This document shows positions 11,577-25,180 of a stretch of 64,000 bases of DNA, in pieces; positions within the stretch are counted from its first letter, which is position 1, and every line of letters begins with the position of its first letter. The notes under the pieces were generated by a model, which saw only the letters and a list, made by a program, of their open reading frames with translations, ran no database searches and was not told where the DNA came from. This DNA is from Camelus dromedarius (taxonomy: Eukaryota): contig NC_087436.1 of assembly GCF_036321535.1 (NCBI RefSeq), forward strand, positions 116,314,001 to 116,378,000, written 5' to 3'. A program made the translations under genes and the position numbers.

Positions 11577-12150
11577 TTTCACCCCTGGATCCCCAAAATG
11601 TATGTCCTTTTCACATGCAAAATGTATTCATTCCATTCAAATGGGACCCAAGTCTTTTTTTTTTAATTTTATTTATTATTGTATCATTTAATTATTTTAT
11701 TTGCAAGGGGGAGTAATTAGGTTTATCTTTGGTGGAGGTACTGGGGATTGAACCCAGGACCTTGTGATGCTAAGCACATGCTCTATCACTCGGCTATACC
11801 CTCCCCCCATGGGACTCAAGTCTTAATTCATTCAAACAACAACTCTAAATTCTAAAGTCCAAAGTCTTATCTAAGTATCATTTAAATCAGGTATGGGTGA
11901 CACTTGAGATATGATTCATCCTGAGACAAAATTCTTCTCTAGCTCTGAACCTGTGAAACCAGACAAGTTATGTGCTTCCAACATACAAGGGTGGGGCAGG
12001 CAGAGAATAGTTATTACCATTTCAAAAGGAAGAAATCAGAAAGAAAAGATTGACAGGTCCCAGCAAGTCCAAAATCTACCAAAGCAAACTCCATGAGATC
12101 TTTAAGCTGGATGCTCTGTACACCACACCCACTGCGGTGGCAGCCCCTAC
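11577..12150 (-). mobile_element. MLT1-int internal fragment contiguous with the LTR, interrupted by a SINE
   Basis: ccccaaaatgtatgtccttttcacatgcaaaat...aagtccaaagtcttatct...attcatcctgag...cctgtgaaac...agttatgtgcttccaa is typical of the MLT-int 3' end. Confidence 0.85.
11657..11808 (-). mobile_element. Camelid tRNA-derived SINE (vic-1 type) with 16-bp TSD
   Basis: The minus strand reads ggggagggtatagccgagtgatagagcatgtgcttagca...gtcctgggttcaatccccagtacctcc...acctaattactccccc followed by an A-rich tail. It has Pol III A- and B-box-like motifs. TSD is atgggac(c/t)caagtctt at 11641-11656 and 11809-11824. Confidence 0.92.
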
Positions 12151-12914
12151 AAGACACAAACACTCAATCTGTAGCACATGGTTTGTTCAGTAGGCAAAGG
12201 AAAGTCATTCAAAGTGTTTTCACTGGAAAATAACATACACAAAATATTGTTTCATATCTTCTGGTTCCAAGCTAATGTACTCTCCTCTAACTTTTAATGG
12301 TTGCTTTCCTCAGAAAAAGTAAATTTAGATGGAAATAGAAGACATGAAGAAAACCCATCTATTCTTCTATGATCAACTGGGCTACCAGCCACTGCCCCTG
12401 CATTTATTACTCACCACCAGTTCATTTACAGAGCAATCATCAGGATTTTTAGAAAGGATCTGGGAAGCCTGGGAGCAGCTGTCAGCTTTTCAGAAGCTCT
12501 ATAGTCTATTTCTGAGAAAGTGTCTGCCTCTGAATACAGGAGCGCAGCACGCCCCAGTGAGCATGGATAAGAGGCATGGTCCTCCACATAGATTGCTTGA
12601 GTCCACTGTGCACAGCTCTCTTTCATGAAATGTTCTCGTCAAGAAGTTTGGATAAAACACGAGCCCTAAGGTTATTGGACATGAGTGCCTTTGTCTGTTC
12701 CTTCTTCATGAAAAGCATAAGATGGAGAGAGAATGGGCATTTCATGCTGCATAACAAGTGCTGTGTCATGACATTAACAACCAAAACTTTTGGAAAGCTT
12801 TAGAACATAATCAATATGTAAGTCTAATTCTTAAAATTACCTTTTGTAACAGGAATGTTTAATCCCATTTTCATGGCTGAAGAAAGTGCCAGTCGGAGAT
12901 GAAGGAAGGAAATA

Positions 12915-13120
12915 AAAATATTTTAAGTGCATTTGCTATGTTAAGCATTCTGAGAATGTTGTATATATTAATTTACCAACTTTTCACACACACACAAAAA
13001 ATACAAGATAGTTACTGCTTTTGTTTGTTTGTTTGTTTGTTTCGTAGATGAGAATCAATGAGAGTCAAATCGATCATGTAAATGACCCAAAGTCACACAA
13101 CTAGTAAATATGGTGTTGAG
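12915..13120 (-). mobile_element. MIR SINE with internal (TTTG)n
   Basis: gtagatgagaa...taaatgacccaaagtcacacaactagtaaat. Confidence 0.7.
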
Positions 13121-14049
13121 AGAAGAAACCAGCAACAGTTCCACGGTCCTCCTCCACAGGGAGTTGTCCTGGGTGTTTTCCTCAAATGTAGCCTCCTTCA
13201 GTCCTGTCTGTCACCCTGGGAAATGGGTGTTGGGAATCCCATAGTTTATATGCTCAGAATCAGAGAAACTATGACATAAGCCCAAATTCATTTGGCAGAG
13301 CTGGCCTTCAACTCCAACGTTCTAACATCACATCCCATCATTGTTCAAGGACACTCAAGTTCCTGCCAAACAAGACCAATTAAGGCCTTTTTTTTTAATA
13401 CTAAAAAACAGTGATTAATATTCTTAAGCCTGTGTTAGGGTAGTGATGAAACATATACATTTTGCCACAAATATATAGGCTGATTTCATTTCTATTTTTT
13501 AAATGATGATTTCCTTCTTTACAATAATTGGTTAAAAGCCAGTAGTAAGAGAGCTTGTTTTCATTTAAATTCAATTTCTTAGGGATAGAATGGGAAAATA
13601 TTCCAGGGCAGCTCAGGAGGAGGTGGGCTGAGGGACTTCAGAGTGGAGCTCCTGATCCTATTGACCAATGCTCCCTCCAAGTGGCAGAACCCAATCAAAC
13701 ACACCTCACTTCTCAAAATCAAAGCTCTTTTGAAATCACCAGATCCATTCTCAGAAGTCCCTGTGCTTTACCATACATAACTGTTTCTTACTGTTTTTAA
13801 CACTGAACTCATCACCCTTTGAGTCTTGCCATCTCATTTTTTTTTTGGCTCTTTGGAGGCTAGAGTTTTCAGATCCCTTCTTGATTTCAACTGAAGTACT
13901 AGTTCAGAGACACTTCTAGAGCTTCTGTAGTTTTCAAAACGTGTGCCATAAAAAACAGGATATCTGTCAAGCTACACTTGCTGGATTTCATCATTATGCA
14001 AGAACCAACAATCATAACTGCATTTTCTCCAAATTTTAATCTGCAGCTT

Positions 14050-14220
14050 CTAGGTAGAATCAGATTTGAAATAACAAAATCTTGGATTTTAATTTCAGCT
14101 TTGCAGTTTAGTCTTTGCACAGCCATGGTTATGAGTTAAGTTCTCTTATCCTTAGCTTTCTCTTCTCAAAATTTCAGGTGCATTTATCTATCATTTTGGC
14201 TGTTCTGGAGATTAAGGGCA
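14050..14220 (+). mobile_element. MIR SINE (degenerate)
   Basis: gaatcagatt...ggattttaatttcagctttgc...ccttagctttctcttctcaaaa...ggagattaa. Confidence 0.5.
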
Positions 14221-14239
14221 ATCCTTCACTTGTTCCCTG

Positions 14240-14600
14240 ACTCATTCATCATCAATTCAATAAATACATGTTGATGATTTACCAAATATTGATTAGTCTG
14301 CCAAACATTGGAAGTGATAGAGGTCACAATGCTTTCATTCCTATTCTCAAGGAGTGTATACTCTGTTGGGAGAGAGTTAAGCACACAATTAACAATTGGC
14401 ATGATATCTGCTAATAGAAGTTATGTACAGAAGCTACAGGAACACCAACAGTAAGGAAAGGGTTTGGCATCTGACACTGGTTGAGTGGTGACAAGTGTAT
14501 AGAGGAATCAAGGTTTTTTTTTGAGGAAGAGAAAATTAATCAATAACTTAATGAATGAATAAGAGTAAGCCAAATGAGGAGGGGGTTGGGGAAGGGACAT
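14240..14600 (-). mobile_element. L2 3' fragment
   Basis: ttcaataaatacatgttga...ctattctcaaggagtgtatactct...tgctaatagaagttatgtacag matches the antisense L2 end. Confidence 0.7.
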
Positions 14601-15554
14601 AAGAGACATAGGTATGGTTGAAGATACACACCTAATACAAAGTGTGAAACGCTAATAAGCACGTAGTGTTTTGAATCTCTTTGATTCTAAATAAAACAAC
14701 AAAAAAAAGCCAATCTGACCTCAAAACCTGCCTTTTGTTGTGTGTAACCAAAGCTATTACTTTTCAGTGTTAACGCTGAAATTTCACAGCGTCTCAGGCT
14801 TAGGAGCTGTTCTTTGAAGTACACAAAAGATAAGATCCTACGGGGACAGGACTTTCTGAACATGGAGAGATTAATTTACACCACCATAAAATAAAATCAA
14901 CCTGCCGCTAATCAAAGTTTCAAATCCTATTTTCCAGGGCATTTCACAGGAGGATTTTCCCACCATGGAAAAAAAATTAAAAGATAGTAGAAAAATCACT
15001 CCTGTGCTACTTTGGGATGAAAACAAATAGAGTCATGCTCTGATGGGAAAGTTAGCAGGCTGCCATTGATAACGTCTCCACAGAGAAGGACAGGTAGCGT
15101 TCCAAATAGAAAAAGTGCTGTCTCAACCAAGCAGTTCAACCTTCTTATATGCTTATTTCTACACACCTAATATGAGTGCAGCATCATGTTGATTACTGAG
15201 GTTTGATTCTACCTAACCCACTTAGATTAAGGATGAACATGGTGTAAAGAAAAGAAGGTGAACACTTTGATTTAGTTCTAACTGTGCTACTTAGATGGCA
15301 TGACCTTGAGCAGGATTTCACCTCCTTTCCCACATGCTCAGTAGCACTAACAGCACCGGCCTTGTCCGTGGCACTGCGGATCACCAAATATAGAGCAATG
15401 GATATGCAATTGCTTTAGGTGCAATGATGCAAAATGAAGGTAGGATATTGATATAAAATGAGAAAATATTTAAAAGTTTCCTGACTCTGGACCTGCATTC
15501 ACAGGTCTGGGAGTATTAAAAAAAAAAAGGTACTTAAGAATATGTGATTCCTCC

Positions 15555-15918
15555 TGTCTTAGTCAGTTTGGGCTGCTCCAACAGAATGCCATAAATGAGG
15601 TGGTTTCAACAACAGACATTTATTTCTCACAGTTCTGATAGCTGGGAAGTTCAAGAGCAAGAGGCTGGCAGATTTAGTGCCTGTTGAAGACCTTCTTCCT
15701 ATTTTTCAGACAGCTGCCTTCTTTCTATATCCTCAGACGTCAGAAAGAAATAGCATGTCTTTCATGTCTCTTCTTATAAGGGCGCTAATCCCTCATGACG
15801 GCTCCACTCTCGTGACCTAAATAACCCTCAAAGGCCCTATCTCCAAACCCTCACACTGAGGATGACTAAGGCTTCAATATATGAACTTTGAGGAGAAACA
15901 AGGATTCAGTTCATAGCA
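15555..15918 (-). mobile_element. MLT1A-type solo LTR with 5-bp TSD (cctcc/cctgc)
   Basis: tgtcttagtcagtttgggctgct...acatttatttctcacagttctg...ttcagttcatagca; TG..CA ends and a 4/5 TSD match. Confidence 0.93.
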
Positions 15919-17628
15919 CCTGCCTTTAATTCATGGGCGATTTCTACTGTTGTATCATCTTTCAGACTTACTGTCAATCTCTTGACTTTTGTTTGGGAAC
16001 TTGATGTCAACTTACCTATGCAGACCTCCCTACACTACACCTTCCTATTTCTATAAATGATTAACCTCAGAAAGCATTCATCAATCTCTGACACAATAGT
16101 ATAGTTTTTGACAAGTAAGTTAATGACAAAGTGGAGAAAATTCAAGATCTTCTTTTTCCGGAGCAGGTCTTACCCACGGCACCTTATAGGCAAGCCCTTC
16201 AGAAGGAAGAATATTGTCTCTACCTACCGTGGCTCTTGGGACAGAATAGATGTCCATGTAATGCAAGCCGCTATCTCTCACTTCCCTTCACGGACTGTCC
16301 CCACCCTCGTCCTTAATCTTGAGGACACAAGTCAGAAGACTAGGAATGTTTTTCCTTTCAAATCAAGTCCCAAGATCTAATTCTGCCACTGCCATGTTTG
16401 CTGTTGTTGTTGTTTTTTTTAACTTACTCTTTGCTGAAGTTAAGATCACTAACATACATCAACTGACATGCATCAGATAGAAATGGGAAAGCCCCCAAAC
16501 ACTGAAAGGGGTGCCCATAAGGAAGTGTGATACTGGTGGCAGGAGCAAAGGGGTCCATTTTATTTTTGCTATTTGTGCTTGTTCCGTGTTTCCCTGATAC
16601 CAGCGTGAAATTCCAAGCTGGCTTAGCTGTCCTTGTGGGAGGTGCCGGAGGCTGTGATGGGTTTCAGAGAAAATGGGGGTCATTAGCTGGCTGCTGAAGC
16701 CTGTCCTTGGTCTCCCTGGCAGAGTTTCTCAAAGAAGGTTCTATGGGAAAGGGGAGAATAATTCAATATTCTCTATGACTTTCCAAGAAAGAGGAATCTG
16801 GAAGAAAGTAAACCTAAGCCCTTCCTTCTGAATCTCCTGCTCTGAAGCTGTTCCATGTTACAGGAAGCTCTGGTTAGCTTGTTTTCTCAGCATCCTGCCT
16901 GCCTCCTAGAAGGGGACACAGAGGAGGAGGAGATGGTGGCTGGACTCCTGAAGGTCACTGCATGAATCATTGATGGGAGATTGTGACCGTGACCTTCACC
17001 TGACAGGAAAGGATTCTGCTGAAACTTTCTCTGAAGAATCTGTGCAGAGGTGGTGTGATGGTAAAAATGCAGGCATCTTTTCTCATCGGGGTATCTCTGA
17101 GCACACCTGTGAGCCCTTCCAGTCCAAACCCACAGAAATATCATGTGTGGCAAAAAAAAAGAGGACGTCCAGGGAACATTTGTTAAAAGTGAAAAATAAT
17201 ATTTAAGAACAGAGACAACTCTTAAGCAGGATTTCTTGAGGTGGCATATCCAATGTCATAAGATAACCATTAAAAAATAGTAAGTTCTATACACAGCTGA
17301 AGTCAATACCTACCCAGTCCTACTCTTATTAATTCTCCCACAAAGGCATCAGCAATCTTAAGGTGGAGTCACCTATCTCAAATTTTTATTCTTTTTCCAA
17401 TTACATATAAACATGTATATACATGAAAACTGTACTTTGTGCATTTAAAGTTATATAGGTGGTACTACAACATAAAAAAATGAAAATTGTGAGTTAAATA
17501 AGCTTGGAAAATACTGTAAGACTTTTTAGAAGCTTAAAATTTATTATGGCTTGCAGTATTTATTAATCTCACTTGATTACAGAATTAAAAACAACAGCAA
17601 CCATAATAACAGCAACAAAAAAAGAAAC

Positions 17629-18293
17629 TGTCGTGTCTGTCTGCAGCCAAGTGTTCAGAAGAACCCGTTTTGGAATGAATATAAGACCTTGAGCTTGTTG
17701 TCTGAGAGCAAGTTCTTGTCTTATCACAGAATTCAGAGACAAACAAGGAGGTCAGGAAAGCGAAGTAAGGATTTATTAAGTGATAGGATGCTCTCAAGGG
17801 GAGGGCAGGGAGACTCGGGTGAGTGGCTGCGCTAAGTCTCTCTGGCAAGCTGGTTATATGAGATGTAAAAACGAATGTATGGGATATTCACTGGAGAGGG
17901 AGGGTTTGGTAACGTATTTCCTGATTTTCATCCCAGCTCCACCTTCCCGATGGGAGGGGGGATTTCTGTCCTTGCTTGGACTGGGTCAGAAGTGCCATGG
18001 CATCAGTGCGTGGTGTGTGCTTCTTATCTGCAAGGCTAGTTTAATTGTAATAAAGGCAGAATGAGCAAATGGTTACATTCAGATGCCAGAGATTCTTGCC
18101 TTTTCCCACTTTTCTTTATCTGCCTCTGGGACCCCTGTCACCTCAAGATATATGGCTTCCTGTCAGTCCACAGGTTCCTGCTTTTCTTTGTTTGCCCAAG
18201 GACATGTGTTGCTTACAAGACATATGGTTTCCTACAACTTGACCTGTGCCCCCTCTTCCTCTACTCATATCTAGCTATCTACCTGTTCTAAGA
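17629..18293 (-). mobile_element. ERV1-class solo LTR (~660 bp)
   Basis: Begins TG. On the minus strand there is a TATA (ttatat 17854-17859) upstream of AATAAA (tttatt 17772-17777). The end ...ctagctatctacctgttctaa resembles ERV1 LTR 5' termini. Flanks gaaac/gaagc may be a TSD. Confidence 0.8.
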
Positions 18294-18704
18294 AGCTGAA
18301 GTTACAAAGAGATCCTTGCAGAGTCTGCACTGACTAACGCTGCACCCCAGGCTTAGAAAGCTGTAGGATTCAGGGATGAAGTGAGACTCAGTTTTCACAA
18401 AGGTGTGCAGTTGAGCTGTCCTTGTCATGCTCCTTTGAGAGCCTAAGTGTGGCAGCAGACAGCCAGGTAGAGAAAAGGTCTGAGCGAGATGGGGATCCCC
18501 TGACATCTGGCAGAGGCGGCAGGATAAGCCCCAAGGGAGTAGGATGCCCAGCCCCCATTGATAGGATGGTCATGAAGATGAAATGAACGGGAGCTCACGA
18601 CAGCACCTTGTGAGCTACAAAAAACTCTGAATGCCGCCACCGCTTCAGGCAGTGTCAAACCCTGGGCTAGGTGTTCCTGACACAGGAGATAATTTTAAAA
18701 CACC

Positions 18705-18880
18705 TGTAGCCAACACTTCCTGAGCACTTACGACAAGAAACGTGCTGTGCTGACAGTGTTCTTGGTGCGCTCCATGTGTTAACTCTTCTAATACTATTTT
18801 CACGGATGCAATCACGTAACACTCTCATTCATGAGTGGGGGAACTGGGATCCACCCCAAGCAGCCTGACTCCCAGTCAGC
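18705..18880 (-). mobile_element. MIR SINE
   Basis: aacacttcctgagcacttac...ggaactgggatccaccccaagcagcctgactcc. Confidence 0.7.
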
Positions 18881-19339
18881 TTGTGTCCTAATCACTTACT
18901 ACGTAGTAAACCTTCAAGAGGCATATGACTGCTCTTGGCTTTGGAAGGAGGAAACTGAGCCTCGTGGATGTAATTTTCATAGTCCTACCGCTGTTAAAGA
19001 GCAAATCTCTCTTTTCAAGAGAGAATGATGCCTCGGGTTGAAGCTGCTGAGGTAGCAAGAACTGCGGCTGCCCCGGTACATAATCCCAACAGTGCGATAT
19101 GCTTTTAACGTTTAGAAATAATTTTCTACCACTTTGGATGGCCTGCATCATTGGCTGGATAATCAAGTTTACAAGGTGGAGTGAAAGGCTTTTGGGAAAA
19201 ATGGGCAACATTGAAATAAATATAATGTTTTATATTTATATAGTCAATTAGGCTTTTGTGAAGAGGTTTTCATATCAAATTTTCCACATCATTTTGTTCT
19301 CCCAGTACCTGTAGAGAGAAGGTAGTTGCTTTTCAAAAG

Positions 19340-19520
19340 TACACTAGATTTAGATTTCGTTCTGTTTGAATCCCAGTTCAACCATTTAGCAACACTGTGA
19401 TCATAAATAAGCTTCTTAAATCACTGAGTTTAAGATTCTCCTTTAAAAAATAAGGTTAATGCGACAAACCCAGAGTGTTGAGGGATAAATTAAATTAGTA
19501 TCTGTTGAGCACCATTAGAT
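19340..19520 (+). mobile_element. MIR SINE
   Basis: gtttgaatcccagttcaaccatttagcaacactgtga...cttcttaaatcactgag...gtgttgagggataaattaa. Confidence 0.7.
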
Positions 19521-20694
19521 AGGAGGTAATTTTCTATAGTTTCCTTTATTCACTGAGTGTCGACTGAGGTCCCACTGTGTGCTGGGCACTGATCCCCATT
19601 CTAGATGGACCTGGTTTAAGTACAAGGGATGAAGTTCAATAGGTTTGGGTTGTGGATGAAACTGAGGGACCTAGGACAAGAGAGGTTTTCTGGATCTCCA
19701 ATTCTGGATCCTTAGAAAACAAAACCAACAGGGCACTTGGATCATATTGGTGGTTTTCAAGTTGTGTTCTGTATGTCCCAGAGAATCTGTAATCCCTTGG
19801 GATCCTCCCATTAAGATGGGGGAGGGGTGGAGGTTTTACAGGGTCCAACATCCGCTCACCTACTGCCTTCCTTCAGAAGTGATAAGGTTGCTGCTCATGA
19901 GCAATAAACACCACTGTTTGGGCTGGAACATTGTGTGTTTCTGTTTGAAATTTAGCTGATTTTTTACAAATGGAGAGAGTGTGTGTGTGTGTATGTTTAA
20001 ATACATATTCTCAGTTTAAAAAAAATCAAATGACTATCACACAGAGAGTATAAACCAGCTGTGCTAAGCCGACCTGAATTTGATCGCTGGCTTTGCTGAA
20101 TACATGTTAATTTGCTTCTCTTCACACCCTCTTGGGGGCCAGAAATGCCTCCAAAGGTTTGTTCTCTGGGTCTTAAAATACAACCAGGATCCTTAAACAA
20201 TGGGTTTTATTTTGATTCACAAGAAATAATTCTACCCATCTTTCTTTATGAAAGCATTGTCAGATTTCAACATTTTTAATACTGAAAAAATACATATAGA
20301 TCACATATTTATAATTCAGTATACATTAAAAATATATAGAGAGATGTAATCACTGAAAAAATAATATATAATTAAGGTACTTTAATCCTTCTCTACACTT
20401 TATGATTATTAAAGACACTGTTTCAGACTTTCAAATATAACTTTCAAACATATGAAATGTGCACCTACACCATGATTATGACTTAAGGGGTCAACCTTTT
20501 CAACCTTTCCACTTAGTAGGTAATTCAAGGGACACTGTCTGTGTTCACAACATCAAAAAGTGAGTGTATTTATGTCTTCTAAACCCCTGAGATCTGCATT
20601 ACCTTCTACAATCCCTTTGAGTCTGCATAAAAAGGTGGTTATTACGCCAAAGTCTGAATGTTTTTAAGCCTACAGGTAGCACTTCAAACTATTA

Positions 20695-21760
20695 TTTCTT
20701 TTCTTTTCTTTTCTTTAATTGTTTACTTTTAATTAAAATATAATTGATGTATAACATTATGTCATATTTCAGGTGTACAACAAATGATTTGATATATGTA
20801 TACATTGATAATGATCACCATAATAAGTCAACACCCATCCCCTTACACAGTTACAAACTTTTTATTATGACGAGAACTTTTAAGATCTAATCTCTTAGCA
20901 ACTTTCAAAATATGCATTATTAATTATAGTCCCCATCCTGTATATTACATTCCATGATTTATTTATTTTATAACTGGAAGTTTGTACCTTTTGACCTTAT
21001 CTATCCATTTCTCCCACACACCCCAGCCCCCCACCTCCAGCAACCCCTAATCTTTTCTCTGTATCTATGAGTTTTGTATTTTAGTTTTAGATTCCACATA
21101 TAAGTGAGATCATATTGTATTTGTCTTTCTCAGTTTGAATTATTTCATCTAGCATAACGCTCCTGAGGTTCATCCATGTTTCTGCAAATGGCAGGATTTC
21201 ATTCTTTTCTGTGGCTGAGTAATATTCCATTGTGTATACATACCACACTTTTTTAATCCATTCATCATTCCATGAACACATAGGTTGTTTCCATCTGTTG
21301 ACTCTTGTAAATAATGTTGCAGTGAACATGGCGGTGCATATTTCTTCTCAAGTTAATGTTTTTATTTTCGTTGGATAAATACCCAGAAATGGGACTGTTG
21401 AGTATAATAAAATAGTTCTATTTTTAATTTTTTGAGGAAACTTCATACTGTTTTCCACAGTGACTTCACCAGTTCATATTCTCATGAACAATGCACAAGG
21501 GTTTCCAATTTTCTCCACCCACGCTTGTCCTCACTTACATTTTTTTTTTGTCTTTTTAATAATGGCCGTTTCAACAAATCTTCCCATTTTTAAATTGTGT
21601 GTGTGTGTATATATATATATAGACATGCACACACACATACATTTGCTATTGGTTGTATGAGTTATTTAATATATTTTGGGTATTAATCCCTTATCAGATA
21701 TATGATTTAATTTTTCCTTTTAGTAGATTCCTTTTCTTTTCTTTTTTTTGTTGTACAGAC
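20695..21760 (-). mobile_element. L1 (L1MA9-like/laurasiatherian) 3' fragment: ORF2 C-terminus, 3' UTR and A-rich tail
   Basis: ORF 21087..21329 (MFTATLFT...WKQPMC...EWIKKVWYVYTMEYYSA...ILPFAETWMNL...KDKYNMISLICGI) is the L1 ORF2 C-terminus. Confidence 0.95.
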
Positions 21761-22269
21761 AGAAGTAACTTTTTAAAAAGTTTTCACAGTAAAGCTGCTT
21801 CTCATCCTTAATGCAGTGGAAAATGGGCATTAAAAGGAGATGTTCTTTCTAAATGAAAAAAGAGAGAGAAGATACAGAAGGAATTTGTTGGAGGATGAAA
21901 AAGCATTCATTTGGGGAGGCCACAAGGGTACTTAAGTGATAAAGCTTTTGATTAAAATGACCCTCTCAAGAGAATAATCCCTGGGATGAGTCAGAAAACC
22001 CAGTTTCCAATGCTGGCTCTCCCCACCAGTCACTGAATGACCCTCTTTTGTCTTAGCCTTTTCTTGAACTGCCCAGCTCACTAACTGAAGTGAGATTCCA
22101 CTGGGATAATGAATGTAAAAGTGTTTAGAAAACAATAAAATCATAATTTAAAAGTATATAGAATTATAACGGAATACTTAAATTTGAGTCAAATTGAGAA
22201 ACTTACTACTTTTGAGTGTAACTTCTAGAGACTGAAAGATCTTTATGAAAATCCTAACTTTTAACACCC

Positions 22270-22435
22270 AGAGCCCCATCGTTGAGTTTTACTGAATTGC
22301 TGTAAGAATTGGTTTTCTCTTCTATAAAATGAGCATAAATTGTGTTCTGTCAAATGAGAACCAAATGATAAAATGTTTGCACAATGCTCAGTTTAGTGCC
22401 TGGCTCAGAATTAAGCTTTGACATGCAATAGTGAA
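22270..22435 (+). mobile_element. MIR SINE
   Basis: ttctcttctataaaatgagcataa...tagtgcctggctcaga. Confidence 0.6.
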
Positions 22436-24589
22436 AATTAAGATGAGATAATGTCAATGACTCAGTCAAAATGTTAACTTCAACAGGAAGGTCAGTATGA
22501 AAGTCCACTTTTCGGCTTTAAAAAAAAATCTGGGTCCTTGGGTATCACGGAAGTATAGTTAATTTCTATATATGCAAACCAGTGTGCATCTTGGTCAAAT
22601 TTTTATTCAATGCATTAAGTAAGTTATATTTATTGGGTTGGCAGATACCACATTGGCAACTGGTACATTAGGTGAAGAGCATCATGTAAGTTTGTATGTT
22701 GGTTTAAAGTGTCAGCCAATGGTTGCCAAACAAACAAAAAAGAACTTAAAAGTGAAAAATTCATCCCAATCATGTTTTTCCATATAAACCAAAATAATGA
22801 CAACTTAGTCTCTTACTCTCTTGTGTTTCTGAAAAATCATGTAGTATGAGAAGGAATCACAGATAACACATCTTATGGGTTGGTTATGAGGTGTTTAAAG
22901 GAGACATTGTACTTGAAAAGAATGAGAAGGTGGTAATCTTTTCTCAGCTGAATAAATATTAACATGAGCCCAGCACATCTAATACATCATCAATGCACAA
23001 TAACTAAGACTATTTGGTCCCTCTTCCCTGGGTAGCTCACTAAGAAGTTGCCAGTACAGGGAAATTAATAATGTAACCTTAGTAAAATGCCACATGCACT
23101 CAGTCTTGGATTAAGATCCTTTTTAACCCAGTTCGAAAAGATTTCTGGATAAAGTATCCTGTGAATCTAGAATAATGAGAAATATCTAGTCAGGTGCAAG
23201 TGTGGAAGGAGAGTATGAGCAACAAGATAGGAGGATGGAAAACACTGCTAAGGAGAGAAGCTGTAAGTATGTTGTTTGGTGAGAAGGGAGCAGTAGAAGG
23301 TGTGGTAAGAGAACATGTTAATACAAGGGTAATCTGAGTTGATTCCTTTAACCACGGGAAAGGAAGATTAATCAATGGGCAGAGATCTATAATATTGATG
23401 GACATACCATCTGCACTACACTATCATCAGGCAGCTAACAAATATGGTAAAACAAACCATCACTTGAAAGATCTCTTAATTAATTTTAAGAATTAATGTC
23501 AAGGAACCAAATACATGGTAACTCTATGTGATCAATGGACATTGATACCTTTTGCTGATGGAACCACGGATGTTGCTTTTCATCTTATCTTCACTTTCAA
23601 CCTTGGACTCAGTCCCTGTAGAGTCGCAGGCAGCTCAGGAGTAACACAGGGAGCGGCAATCCCACCCTCCATCCCCTAGTCCTCTTGTAACCATTTCCTG
23701 GATGCCACATTACTTCTCTTTTCCGGGAAGAAATAAAACAAATGAAGAAAGTGTAGTTATAAAAAGGAACTTTGCCATTTCCCAGGACCATGGGCTAGTG
23801 AAGAGATAAAGTGGAGAAGAAAAATGGGCCAAATTCATTTGGAGAAAGGGAATCTATTAATCATAGTGATAAAAATGAACACAGTAAGCTGACCTTCCTT
23901 GTTTCCCATCCTCCGTTTATTCTCTCAACCCAACTGGACCAATGGACTATCATGTTTAGGGTTAGCTTGAGTCCAATTTCCAAGATGAATTGGGCTTAAA
24001 GATAAGAAATTTCTGGCTCAATCATGAGTCAGCCTAACTGTACCACATATTGATCCTGTTCTCAATTTCCCCCCTTAGCTGTAAAGCTCCCATCTTGAAC
24101 TTCAGCTCTGCTCTAATTTACCCAAGTTGAAATTGTGCCTTCCTTTCATATCTTTTCTGAACTTTTGCTGATTCTAAGGCCAGATATTTTTCTGTCCATA
24201 GCTCCAGCCCCTGGTTTCCAAACCCCAGAACTTCAAGCTTATGTCTGATATCTACTATTGATAACTTTTGATGCTATTGATATCTTGCAAGATATTCATA
24301 TTTTATCTCTTCTCAAATGTCCAAATACTATGTTCTCATTATCTTATAGAAGCCTCACTGATTACATTATTCATGTTATTCATTCATTGATTTATTCCTT
24401 TACCTTGTTTACCATGCATGAATAGGACATGGTCTCTGCCTTTGTGGAGTTCACAGCAGAGTAGAGGAATTTAAGACATCCAAAAGGAAATAACACACAT
24501 GGATTAATTACGCAGAAGTTTGAATCAAAAAATAAATTAGCAATTTTCCAAGCATGGGGATGAGAAGGAGCATGCCAAGGGTTAGGGCT

Positions 24590-25180
24590 CCAGAAAGTAT
24601 TGCTGCACAATAAACCACCCAAAATGTAGTAGAGTAAAAGAAGCATTTTCTTATGTTTACAGATTCTGTGGGTTAGGGATTTGATTGCCTCATAGTGGGA
24701 AGATTCTTCTCAGTTCCCCAGTGTCTGGGGTCTCGGCTGGGAAGGTTTGAAGGCTGGTATAACTTCATGACTGGAGCCTGCAATCATCTGGAGGCATCTT
24801 TCTGCACGTAATTGGACTGGCAGTTGATGTGGGCTGCCAGCTGGAGCACCAACACAAGGTCTTTCTGTGTAGCCTGAGCTCCCTCACAGCACGGCAGCCT
24901 CAGAGAAGTCAAACTTCTTACAACAGCAGCTCAGGGCCTCAAAGGTAAATGTCCCAGCTTACAGGGTAGATATTGCATTGCCTTTTATCACCTAAACTCA
25001 GAAGTTTCACAGCACCTCTCATGCCCATTCTGTTGCTTATATATGAATCAAAAGCCCACCTATATCCAAATGGAGGGGGCTTAGACATCTCTGTGTGGCA
25101 GAGTTGCAAGGCTCTAGAAAAGGATGTAGGACGGGAGACAGTCTTATATTCATCTTTGTTAAAACATGATCAGTGATTTT
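24590..25180 (-). mobile_element. MLT1F-type MaLR LTR
   Basis: tattgctgcacaataaaccacccaaaa...agattctgtgggttaggga...aatcatctggaggc...ctcacagcacggcagcc...ttgcattgccttttat. Confidence 0.85.

Noticed and set aside
11730..11808. tRNA gene
   Set aside because: The tRNA-like sequence is the head of a SINE with an A-rich tail and TSD, and the A-box is degenerate.
11206..15918. Two same-orientation MLT1A LTRs as one provirus
   Set aside because: The second LTR has its own TSD, and the intervening DNA contains older MIR and L2 elements, so these are independent insertions.
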